Shown here piece after piece: positions 1-11,791 of a stretch of 64,000 nt of DNA; the stretch's first letter is position 1, and each line of letters starts with the position of its first letter. Position numbers and translations under genes: made by a program. Location of the stretch: assembly GCF_009914755.1 (NCBI RefSeq), contig NC_060938.1; one strand, 5' to 3'. The DNA is from the human T2T-CHM13v2.0 reference genome, Homo sapiens. Under the pieces are notes generated by a model. That model saw nothing but the letters and a program-made list of their open reading frames with translations. It was not told where the DNA came from and searched no databases.

Positions 1-1392
1 ATTCCCTGATCTCACAACTTTGATAAGCCTCTCTTGGGGAGGAGTGAGTGAGGGTGGTAGAGGAAGAGAGAAGTTACCTTCCCATGATTTTTCCCTCTTG
101 GAGTCAAATGTAAATTGACTTCTTGTAAATTCCCTGAGGATGTCTCTGTTTTGTTCACAGCTAAATCCCAAGTCTATAGATTTCAACAGATACCCACTAA
201 AGAATGAATGAACAGAAACAGGAGAACTAGGGAATACAGTTTTCCCTAACAGTAAGAGGTTCTTTGAAATTATTTCTACAGCACAACTAGCTACCCATGG
301 GTGTGTTGGTGCCTAAAAAGGGTAAGTAGTCAAGGCACCCAAGATACTCACAGGTCTTAGAGAGACTGTAGAGAGAAGCTCACTGGATTCCAAGGCATTA
401 AAGTGGGTTCTTGTTCAGGATTAGGCAGAGGATGGCAAGTTACAAATCTTCTGAACTATAGTTTCATCATCTATAAAAATGGCCCCTTCTAATATTATTC
501 TTTTTAGAGTCCAGATAACAAAGACTGAGAATAGGTGCTGGCAGAATAGCATATATTTCCTATCAGCTCTAAGGCCCAGATCCCCAAAAATTCAGATGTT
601 GTTCTATTTGTTGTCATTGCCATTACTTTACCATACCCATATATCCTGTTTCTCCAGAGACATAAACCAACTGGACAAGTTCCTGTAAATTCACAATAAT
701 TGCTAATTTATTCCTATGTTACAAATGCTTTGCACTAGTTTGTGGAAGAAAAAAATTCCAATTTAAAATTAGGATCTTGTTTTTGAAAGTAATGGTATTA
801 AAGTCAATTCTTAATATCAAAAATGAATTTGAAAGTAAGTTTGGATTAAATCAGCAGTATTTGTACTTGGAATAGACATTGGGAACTATGACAGCATCTT
901 TGCAAAGATCTAAATATTATTAAATTTCAATTTTGTTCTTTACTGCTTCTCTGAATTACAGACACGCTGAATACAGACCTCAATTTAAGCCTTCTCATTT
1001 TTCTTTTTAAAATTTCATACAAAATAGATATTCTCCAAGGAATGCTCAGCATATGCATTTTACCTTCTCTCTTAGTAATTTCACATGCAAAAAGATGGAC
1101 CATTTGCTAAGCTTGAAGAACATAATAATGAAACTACAAGTTAGAAGCAGGCATGGATCAGATGTATTTTACTTTCTAATGGCTGTTATAGCTATACAAA
1201 AAGGATAAGCCTACAGAGATGGTTTTTAAGGCTCATAGGGAATATAAACATATCGTGACAACCTCCAAGTCAATTTCTAAATAGGGTAGGAGCCATTCTG
1301 TGACTTTTGTGTCCCAGAAAATAACTCCCCTCAAAACATTCTGCAAAGACTGGCAGCGCCACTGGTTCAGATCTTCTTCCATTAAACTAGAC

Positions 1393-1625
1393 CAGTGGTT
1401 CTCAACCAGATTTTGAGATTTTGAGTCTCTCTCCCCCCAGGGAACTTTTGACAATGTCTGAGACAGGTTTGGTTGTCGCAGCCAGGAGAGACATCTATGT
1501 GCTATTGGCATCTAGTGGGTAGAGGGAGGTAGGCTGCTAAACATCCTACAATGCAAAGGACAATCCCCTACAATAAAGAATTATCTATCCCAAAATGTCA
1601 ATGCTTCCTTGGTTTGGAAAGTCTG
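1393..1625 (+). mobile_element. MER20 hAT-Charlie MITE
   Basis: Starts CAGTGGTTCTCAACC; internal GGCATCTAGTGGGTAGAG...GCTGCTAAACATCCTACAATGC...AAAGAATTATC...CAAAATGTCAAT; 8-bp TSD aactagac (1385-1392)/cactagac (1626-1633). Confidence 0.9.
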
Positions 1626-1981
1626 CACTAGACTCAGTATTGGGAAGTCTTCTGGACTTGTGCTGTGGGATGACTAGGGGAGGAGTTGTAGGAGGGATAA
1701 GTATTCGGTTGAGCCTTAACAAAATGGGTAGGATTTGGGCCATGGAGGAGCATTCCAGGAGAGAATTTTAATGGACAAAAAGGGCTGTAAGCCAACACAT
1801 GCATGGAATGTTGAGGGAAAAATGATCAAGCCAGCTTATCCAAAAGGAGAGTCCATATTGGTGTATGATGAAATACACAGCAGTAAAGCAAGATTTGGGA
1901 GAACTTTACACATGTTACATTTAAAAAATTGAGCTTTAGCCTTACATTTAGCAGCAGGAAATTAATAAATATTTTACCTGC

Positions 1982-2304
<323 letters not shown>

Positions 2305-2459
2305 TAGCTGCCTTGATCTAGTCACAGTAGTCTCATTGTATATAGATTACTATAGAAAGTAAAATACAGACTACAGATGGAAAGTCAGGAGATAAAGAGG
2401 TCATAATAATAGGTTATCATAATAGAAATATAGGAGGCAAAATTACAATAATGATGGTC

Positions 2460-2543
2460 AGAAGGAAGGAAGGAAAGAAAAGAAAAGAAAAGAGAAAAGA
2501 AAAGAAAGAAAAGAAAAGAAAAGAAAAGAAAAGAAAAGAAAAG

Positions 2544-2574
<31 letters not shown>

Positions 2575-2581
2575 GAAAAAG
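2460..2581 (+). repeat. (GAAAA)n polypurine microsatellite
   Basis: ~120 bp pure purine tract, mostly AAAAG units after a short GGAA run. Confidence 0.97.
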
Positions 2582-3304
2582 ATATCACAAAGGATAAAAG
2601 ATCTGGCTATTTCTCAGAAAGTTTGCTGATGGTAAATGAAGGAACTTGGAGGTGGGAAGCTGGGACTCAAAGACCCAGGAACATACTGAAGGTGAACGTC
2701 TGGGCAGAAAGTGAGTCAAGGACCAGATTGATGATAAAGGCCAAAGAAGGGCACTGAATAAAAATTCAGAGTTATGCAGCATCAAGTCACATATTAACCA
2801 GGGGAACAGCAATAAGTTATTGTTTCCCCAACATCACATGCACATTTCTACTTCTGATCCTTTTCTCATGAGAATTCGCGCCTCTAATACTCTCCCCTCT
2901 GTCTCCACTCCCCAAGTAAGACCTATCTTTGAAGCCAGCTGAAAATGCGTCTTCCTTATCAATACTCTTTTTGTTATTGCACAGCAAGAATATAGAAGAT
3001 TGCCCAATATTCAGTCTAGAATGGTTCAAAAAGATTTGAACCTAAGGAGACATGAATAATAGTTACAGTTTAGAGATATATCCTAGGACATAGGCAGACA
3101 CAGGTCAGAAATCCAGTAGCCAAACAGCTCAACACCAAGAAAACCTAGACACCAAAGACAGGCAGCAAGGAGACTCTCAAGCAGACAGAGGAAAAAACAA
3201 AGGGGTAATATAAGAAGTAGTGTTCAGTCACAAAGGGGAAGAAAAATGTTAAGAGGAGTATGATCAACAGTCCAGTGTAATTGAGTGTCCTGGTTAAGAA
3301 CGGG

Positions 3305-3460
3305 AGGTTCAGGGAGTCAGACAGACCAGGCTTGAATCCTGGCCCATTGTTTTCAGATCATCAGCACTTCGTTAACTTTCCTGGGTTGTTTGCTGAGCTA
3401 TAAAATGGAGAGAACTATATCCACCTCACAGGATTAATGTCATTAAATATCACAGAATTA
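3305..3460 (+). mobile_element. MIR fragment
   Basis: GGAGTCAGACAGACCAGGCTTGAATCCTGGC...TATAAAATGGAGA...ACCTCACAGGATT MIR core. Confidence 0.7.
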
Positions 3461-3540
3461 TTGTCACATAAATGCAAAAGAAAAAATGTTAAGGTGTTTT
3501 TCTCTTTTGTCTTTGATTACATGGCATTTGTCTCAGTCCC

Positions 3541-3697
3541 CTGCTTCACAAACTTTAATGTTCACACTTAACACATGAAGATTTTGCTGAAATGCAGATT
3601 CTGATTCAGTAGGACTGGGTGGAGCCTGGGACTCTAAACTCCTGACAGGTTCTGTGGCTGCGGCTACTGCTATGTAAACCATGCTTTTAGCCGCAAG
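3541..3697. mobile_element. MER5B-like hAT MITE
   Basis: AAATGCAGATTCTGATTCAGTAGG...TGGGTGGAGCCTG MER5 core. Confidence 0.65.
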
Positions 3698-3751
3698 ACC
3701 CTAGTGTGTCCAAGGCATTCGACTGATTGGGACATGCTACCGATTGGGGTT

Positions 3752-4747
3752 TGTGACAGAAGGGCTGCAAAAAAAGATTGAGATATATTCAGCTTCTGAC
3801 ATTCAAAACTAGGATTTTTGGAATAAGACTGTAGACATGTAAGCAGGTTCAGCAGCTAGACCCTAATGTTTAACGTAAATTATGTCCAGATTTGAAGAGG
3901 AAGGGGAAAGTCAATTTCTTTCCTCCCCTGGAGGATTTTGGGAAGAGGATATCAGAGGTAGCTGAGCAAAGTGGGGAAATGCATGCTTCAGTGCTGGTAT
4001 CTTTCCCCCCGAGAGGGAGAGGTGCACCAGATAAGTAAGGGTAATACTGAGGAAAAGATTTTGCTTTCCCAAGCTGCCCTGGGTTTCTGTGTTGGTTTGG
4101 TAAGGTTCCACAATAGCTGAGATTCTGGCGTGGAAGGGATTCAGGGAGGATCTTCATAACAGTAGTGAAGGGCTCCAAAGCAAACATCCTGGGGCTGAGG
4201 CCAAATAAGGGTCACAGCTAGACCTCAAAGCAGTCCCTAGATCAGCTGTAGAGAAGTGAAGCTAAGTCAACCAAGGAGCATGACCACAGCCTGCCAGAGC
4301 AAAAGAGAAGAGCCACCAACTGTAGCCATCAATGTCAGCAGAGCAAGCAGCACCCCAGTGCACGAGGGGCATTGGCCTGGAGACCAGAAGAAGAAAGGAC
4401 ATCACCACTAAGGACCATGGGTCTTCCATGTTGCCCTAAGATCATGTAAAGCCACCCTCTCCCTGCATATCCCTAAACAACATTTTAGAAAAGAAATCTC
4501 AGAGCGAGGAAGGGTAGAAGGCTATCTGAGAAGCTGAGCATTTCTATCCAATAGCGACTCAATACTATCTATGGGAGCCATTTAATTAATGGAGTTGGAA
4601 TAATGTGGAATTGAATTGGACAGTTAAATCATTTTCCCCAATGGGCTGGGAGTTGGGTAGAAGGCCAGAAGTCTTACAGACAAAATAAAGATATTACATT
4701 TTTCTCTAAACATCCAAGTTATAGAGTAAGTTACATTTGCAACCACA
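3752..4747 (+). mobile_element. Ancient solo LTR (LTR78/MamGypLTR-like; family uncertain)
   Basis: TG...CA termini (TGTGACAG...ACCACA), TTGAGATAT near the 5' end, AATAAA at 4684-4689 about 60 bp before the 3' end; resembles recalled ancient mammalian LTRs. Confidence 0.4.
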
Positions 4748-5855
4748 ATATATATAAATATTTTTTTACATTCGCACTGCAAATATAAAGTGCTTAGCAA
4801 TGTGCTTCCTGTATAGAAAGTGATGGGTAAATGGTAGCTGGGTTAAACAGGTTAAGTAAGGACTAAGAGAAGGCCACTGGATTCTGCAGTTAGGAAGATA
4901 TCATTCCCTTTTTGGAGAACAGTTTCAGTAGAATGATGGGGATGGAAACTAGCTACAGAATGTGTTCAGCCTAAGTGTGAAAGCCATTATACTCCAACAT
5001 CCTCCAGTGCTCAGCAAGGCTCTCATTTTCTGTAGAGTTAGGAAAGGGTGTGAATAGAATAGAAGATGAAGTCTACAGACACCCCAGGGTCAGGGCTCAG
5101 TATTGTCATCCATTGAATTGAAGTATCCCTTAAGGGAGTTTAAATTCTATTTTTGGAAATTGACTCCAAAGCAATTCTCTTGATGAGAATGGGTTTTTTG
5201 CTAAGTGTGAGATGGTAGATAAATACAAAAAAAAGTATGCATTCCAAAGCTGTAGCCATGAATTTTTCATTTAAAAACAATCCTAAAAAATAGTTCATTC
5301 TGTACACCCTAAAATTGTTTTTTTTTAAGTTGAAGCTTTCATCACCTCACAGTCTAGATGGGACCCTTGATTTTCTCAAAGCACTTTTGCCTCTCTTATC
5401 TTAGATAAAATTAGCTGTTCACTAATGCTACCAGGCATAGAGGTCCCCTAATGACCAGTGTATGGTTATGCTGCTGCTCTCTGAGCAGCACAAATCATTC
5501 ATTCAGCAGTGGAGTAGTCACTTTTTGAGATACTATGAGATAAGGCGGCAGCCTAATTTTGCCATCATTCAATTTTACCTGTACGCACAGCCCACCTGGT
5601 TGCCCAGGTGTCTCATCCAACTCCTCCTCTTCTTCCATCACAAGCAATGCTCCCAGAACTGCCCTTGCATCTGTTCTCCCCCACTACTCCTCTTCTCCTC
5701 CTCCTCCTTCTTCTCCCCCTATCAAAATGTGCTAGTTCTATGTTCCATGATCTCAGGCCCCACTCCCTCCCAGGTTCAAAGGCAGTAATGCTTTCAGATG
5801 ACCTGACATCATCACTCATAGGTATCTTAGTTGCCTTGTAAAAATACTTAGTGTC

Positions 5856-6631
5856 ACGTGAAAAGATGCTCAACATCATTAGTCATTAGGGAAAACGAAT
5901 CCACTCATACCTATTAGGATGGCTGTAATCCAAAATGTGGAAAATAACAAGAAAAATTAGTGTTGGCAAGAATGTGGAGAACTTGGAACCCTTGTACATT
6001 ACTGGTGGGGATGTATAATAATGCAATCTCTGTGGAAAATAGTTGGTTCCTGAAAAAGTTACACATAGAATTATCACATGACTCACAATTTACTCTTAGA
6101 TACACACACAAAAGAATTGAAAACAGGAACTCAAACAAATACCTGTACACAAATATTCACAGAAGTATTATTCACAATAGCCAAAGATGGAAAAATCCAA
6201 ATGTCCATTAATGGATAAATGGCTAAATTATGGCATGTAAATATAATAGGATATTATTCAACAATAAAAAGGAATGAAGTACTGATACATGCTGTAACAA
6301 TATGGATGAACCTTGAAAACATTGTCCTAAGTCAAAGAAGCCAGATGCAAAAGTCACATAGTGTAGGATTCCATTTATATGAAATTTTGAGAATAGGTAA
6401 ATACATAGATGCAGAAAATAGATTAGAGGTTGTTTAGGGCTGAGGGAAGGAAAGGATGGAGAGTAAATGCTTAATGGGCATGGGGTTTTATTTTGGGATA
6501 ATAAAAATATTTTGGAACAAAGTAGAGGTAGTAGTTGTTCAATATCATGTATGTACTAAATGCCACTGAATTGTTCACTTTAAAGTGATTAATTTTATGT
6601 TAGGCTAATTTCAGCTCAATTTAAAAAAAAA
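5856..6631 (+). mobile_element. L1MB-type LINE-1 3' fragment
   Basis: ORF2 C-terminal and 3'UTR signature (AAAAGATGCTCAACATCATTAGTCATTAGGG...AATGCCACTGAATTGTTCACTTTAAA), ending in an A tail. Confidence 0.88.
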
Positions 6632-6689
6632 GCTTATGACCATTAAAAAGTAACCAAAAGTGAGAATACATGACCTATAAACATTTTGA

Positions 6690-6798
6690 GAGCAGGAGTT
6701 GTAACTCATGAAATTTTTATTCCCTATAGAGACTAGCAAAATGCCTGATATACAGGTACTTAACAAATACCTGTAGAATGAATGAATGGGTGAATGAG
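6690..6798 (+). mobile_element. L2 3' end fragment
   Basis: ATGCCTGA...AAATAC...GAATGAATGAATG L2 terminus. Confidence 0.6.
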
Positions 6799-7729
6799 TC
6801 TCCAGTACTGTTTAAGGCATTTTGTGGCTGGCAGACACAAGGCAGCTGCCAGGTCTGCATCTTATCAAGTGATGACTTCACCTAGGAGTGGCAAAGCATC
6901 TGTGGGCTGCAAAGTCTTTTCCTTTGTCCCATTACTTTGAGATTTAGTAAGGTGTCTGTGCCATTCTTTTTCTCCACTTAAAATTGCACATTTTGCAATC
7001 CTGGTTAGAGAGATGCCACTGACTGAAATATTCTGCCTCAAGAGTGAATAACGTCAGAACCTCATTATTGACATTTTCCTTGCCGCAAAGCTTTCATCTT
7101 CTTACAGAGAATGTTCCAGCTTAATGTTGAGCCCCTTAAAATACAGGGTTGTAACTTATTGCAAGGGAGAAATAACTCTGTTGTAGACCAGGTGAATAAA
7201 TCATTCAAACAAAAAAACACAGGTGAAATTCCTAAAATAAGTTGACTCTTATACCTAGGCCCTGATTCTAGGCTGAATTCATTTTGTAACCCATCCAGTA
7301 TCTCAAGTTCTAAAATCTCTTTCATAACATTCTTGCTTTCTTTATTGCCCATCCTAACTGTAGGTGAGATAACTTCAGATGACTTTTTTTGAGTTTTAAA
7401 TATTTTATAATAATTGTGAGCATCTTCCCCAAGCCAAATATGGAATGAAGACTGGATTCTGTGGAGTTTTTGTCTTTTGTTTCAGTGACGTAGCATTTTC
7501 GGAATTTCAATACAAGTTTATCAATACCAACTAATACAACTGTTGCCCAAAGCCCAATATGCTATGGAGGGAGAGTTTTAACAGGAAATATACTTAAAAC
7601 TTAACTGTAACAGTATTCTTGGAAGCCACGACTTATACTGCCTAAAAGATCTTTGTCTTTCATAATATGATGTCCAGATCTACCCTGGTGATTGCTCTCA
7701 CAATGAAAATGTAGGTAGGGTTTTGTCAT

Positions 7730-7950
7730 TTACCAAGCAATTTCATATATCTTTTCTAATCTGACCTTTCCAACTGCCAGTGAGACGGTTGGGGTAATTA
7801 GTGTTATCTCTATTTTTAAAATTCAGAAACTGAGATTTAAAAGCTTTAGGGATTGGTTCAAGGTCACATACTTAGTAAAAGCACAGACTAGGCTTGAATC
7901 TAGTTTTTTTAAAAGCCAGAACTCCAGCCTCTCATTCTTACACCAATGCT
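7730..7950 (-). mobile_element. MIR
   Basis: GAAACTGAG...AAGGTCACATACTTAGTAA...TTGAATCTAG antisense MIR core. Confidence 0.65.
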
Positions 7951-8429
7951 TCCAATCTCTTTGTTCCTCATAACACTATGTGAGCCCCATTCCCTAGAAA
8001 CATCAGGAAACCACCAAAATAACTGGAGAGTTTTGCTGAAGAGATCTGGGCCGTATTACTGTATTGCTTTTTCCCTTGCAGGGAGAGTTACTATGACCTC
8101 AGTTCCTGGTGCAGCCCCCAGTGGTTTTTGCACAGAATTGGCAAGATTAAAGACACCATGGGACACAGCTAAGTTTCTCTTTCAAGTTATCCACCTGTTG
8201 TCTATACAGCTGCTGTTTACTGACGGCTCAGCAAAGAGCAGTGGGATTCTTATCCTATTTTTATGGTGATTTCTAACTTCTTGCTATTCCCTGGTCTAAT
8301 TTCTATTAAGTACATTTCTCCCATGCACAAATGTCTACGCTTTCCAAAAAGAGAGAAACTTTATATCATTTGTTGTGATATCTGTGATTTTTCTAGTTCA
8401 TATATTTCCTTTCTCTCATATAGTTAATA

Positions 8430-8745
8430 GTCTCACCGCATGGTGCCTTAGCAAAGTACAACGCACACGCCAGTGAGTTTTCTGCTCTTGGTTACTGCCG
8501 AGTGTCATGATGTAACGGGACTCTTCACCAATCTGCGACTTCCCACCGCCTCCACACAACCCAGAGGTAGACTTCCCCAGCCCCGATGTCTGCACGGATC
8601 ATGGATGGGCCCAGCTGAACTTCTTCTGTAATACTATTCGATTCAGTTAACCGCCAGTGCTGGTTCTAATTCTAAATCTTGAGAAAGTGCCAAGTTTGGT
8701 GAAGAAAATATCCCCAGTGGTCCCTCCTCGCAGGAAGTCACTCTG
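8430..8745. promoter_or_regulatory. Candidate cis-regulatory element (CpG-enriched unique patch)
   Basis: 12 CpGs in ~300 bp counted by eye in CpG-poor surroundings; TGATGTAAC (C/EBP-ATF composite) at 8508-8516; CAGGAAGT (ETS) at 8731-8738. Confidence 0.35.
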
Positions 8746-9480
8746 CATCATCTCTGTACTTTCTTCTTTCTTGGACTTCCTTCCCTGCTGGGAGTGAATT
8801 GGCAGGGCTGAAGACTGAACAGTTTCATTAACACCTGCTTTGTTTCTGCTTTTCTGGACCACGCCAATGGGAGAGATGACAGGCAGCTATTGCACCTCTC
8901 TGGGTCCAGCCAGTGGCCTCAGTGCATTCTCTTTTATTCACAACTCAACCCCCTCCCCAAATGAACCCAGTCATTGTCCTCCACACGAGCTCCACACCAA
9001 TTTCTGTCACATTCTTGTGATTGCAGGAAAAGTCAACACTGTTCAGCCTCCCTTTCTGATTTTTCCGAAGTCATTCCAGTATCGTCAAGTACCAGGCTGA
9101 CCAAAAGAGGGTCTTCTATTCCTACTTATCCAATTCATTTTATTTTCACCAAGAAAACAAACACAAATATTCCCTGATATCTATAATGACAAACAAATCC
9201 TCTTATAAGTGACCTTTCGCATACAAATGTGTTAACCCGATAACTCCTCCTACATTGAAAACAATAGCTTTTTCTCCTGAATAGTCCTATCAAGCACTCC
9301 CTCACCTGATGAATATGCTTTTACAGAGTTCTTGTTTCCTAACAAAAAAGAGCATTTACCGCTTTCCCACCCTCACTGTTTACATTTCCCTCATCCCTCT
9401 CCTCTATATCAGGGCTGCCTGTCTTCCCATCTCATATTTATTATTAACTCCTCAAAATTGTGCTTTGTGAGACCTTCAGG

Positions 9481-9608
9481 TATGAAAGTTGTCAAAATCA
9501 AAATGAAGTCCCTGTGAGAAAGAAAGAAGAAAAGAAAATAAAGAAAAAAGAAAAGAGGCAGGAAGGGAGGGAGAGAGAGAAAGAAAGAAAAAGAAAAGAA
9601 AGAAAGAA

Positions 9609-9672
<64 letters not shown>

Positions 9673-10108
9673 AGAAAGGAAGAAAGAAAAGAAAAGAAAA
9701 AAGAAAAGAAGAAAGAAAAAAGAAAAGAAAACCTGACAGAGCCAGGAAGGCCATGAGGAGACAAGTTCTCCCACATAAATGCCTGATAATCACAAAAGGC
9801 TGCAAAAACCAGTCTTGCACAAAGGCTGTACAACCTTACACACACAAAAAATACTCCTGTAAGGACATCTGCCCAGCATCTGCCTGCCCAACCTTGGGCT
9901 GGTGTCGCTCTTGTTATTGACAAAGATAAGTATCTCAAAATAATTATGTAATCGTCCTCATTTTTCCTTTAAAAACCTTGGTCTTCCTTTGCATCCAAGA
10001 ATATGTACATAGTTTACTATGGCATGCATATTCCCATTGCAAAGCCCTATTCCCAAATAAATACCATTTTCTTTTAAAGAGCCTCTCTGTTTGTTATTTA
10101 GGTTGACA
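9481..10108 (+). mobile_element. MER65-type ERV1 solo LTR interrupted by a GAAA microsatellite
   Basis: Start TATGAAAGTTGTCAAAATCAAAATGAAGTC; resumes AAACCTGACAGAGCCAGGAAGGCCATGA after the repeat; AATAAA near the end; ends TTATTTAGGTTGACA; 4-bp flanks cagg/catg. Confidence 0.8.
9515..9731 (+). repeat. Compound (GAAA)n polypurine microsatellite
   Basis: ~215 bp almost pure purine; perfect (GAAA)15 at 9611-9670. Confidence 0.97.
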
Positions 10109-10322
10109 CATGACATACTACCCTGTTAAGGTGGCTGTTTGCTGAAAGCCATGCATCCACAAACAGACAATGGATTTGTGAATTACCAAAGAGGCCAGAG
10201 CCCAGATCCCAGAACCCTGAAAGCTACTATTTCTGACTTGAGCTAAGCAGAAAAAGAAGCTGCTGCCTAAGCGGAAATGAATTCCCCCTGCAATACAAAA
10301 GAATGATTAAGAGGCAGCTGCT

Positions 10323-10358
10323 ATTATCATTGCTCTTTACCAGGTAAGAGCAATGATA

Positions 10359-10360
<2 letters not shown>
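10323..10360. repeat. Near-perfect palindrome / hairpin
   Basis: ATTATCATTGCTCTT (10323-10337) and its exact reverse complement AAGAGCAATGATAAT (10346-10360); the spacer TACCAGGT is itself partly self-complementary. Confidence 0.95.

Positions 10361-10408
<48 letters not shown>
10361..10408 (+). repeat. (GT)24 microsatellite
   Basis: Direct count. Confidence 0.98.
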
Positions 10409-10410
<2 letters not shown>

Positions 10411-11291
10411 CACATTTTCTTTATCCACTCATTGTTTGATGGGCATTTAGGCTGGTTCCATATTTTTGCAGTTGCAAATTGTGCTGCCCTATAAACATGC
10501 ATGTGCAAGTGTCCTTTTCATGTAATGACTTCTTTTCCCCTGGGTAGATACCCAGTAGTGGGATTGCTGGATCAAATGGTAGTTCTACTTTTAGTTCTTT
10601 AAGGAATCTTCACACTGTTTTCCACAGTGGTTTTACTAGTTTACATTCCCATCAACAGTGTAAAAGTGTTCTCTTTTCACCACCTGCATGCCAACATCTA
10701 TTATTTTTTTATTTTTTGATTATGACCATTCTTGCAAGAGTAAGGTGGAATCGCATTGTGGTTTTCATTTGCATTTACCTGATGATTAGTGATGTTGAGT
10801 ATTTTTTCATATGTCTGTTGGCCATTTGTATATTTTCTCTTGAGAATTGTCTATTCATGTCCTTTCCCTACTTTTTGATGGGATTATTTGTTTTCTTTCT
10901 CGATGATTTGTTTGAGTGCCTTGTAGACTCTGGATATTAGTCCTTTGTTGGACGCATAGTTTGCAAATAATTTCTCCCATTCTGTGGGTTCTCTGTTTAC
11001 TCTTATGCTTATTTCTCTTTCTGTACAGAAGCTTTTTAGTTTAATAAGGTTCCATCTATTTATTTTTGCTTTTGTTGCATTTGCTTTTGGTTTCTTGGTC
11101 TTGAAATATTTGCCTAAGCCAATGTCTAAAAGAGTTTTTTCCAATGTTATCTTCTAGAATTTTCATGGTTTCAGGTCTTAGATGTATGCCTTTGATCCAT
11201 CTTGAGTTGATTTTTACACAAGGTGAGAGATGGGGATCCAGTTTCATTCTTCTACATGTGGCTGGCCAATTATCCCAGCACTTTTTGTTAA

Positions 11292-11791
<500 letters not shown>

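Noticed and set aside
9409-9938. F/L/S-rich and K/E/R-rich ORFs (also 2385-2588 and 58134-58401)
   Set aside because: Translations of GAAA, GAAAA and CA microsatellites.
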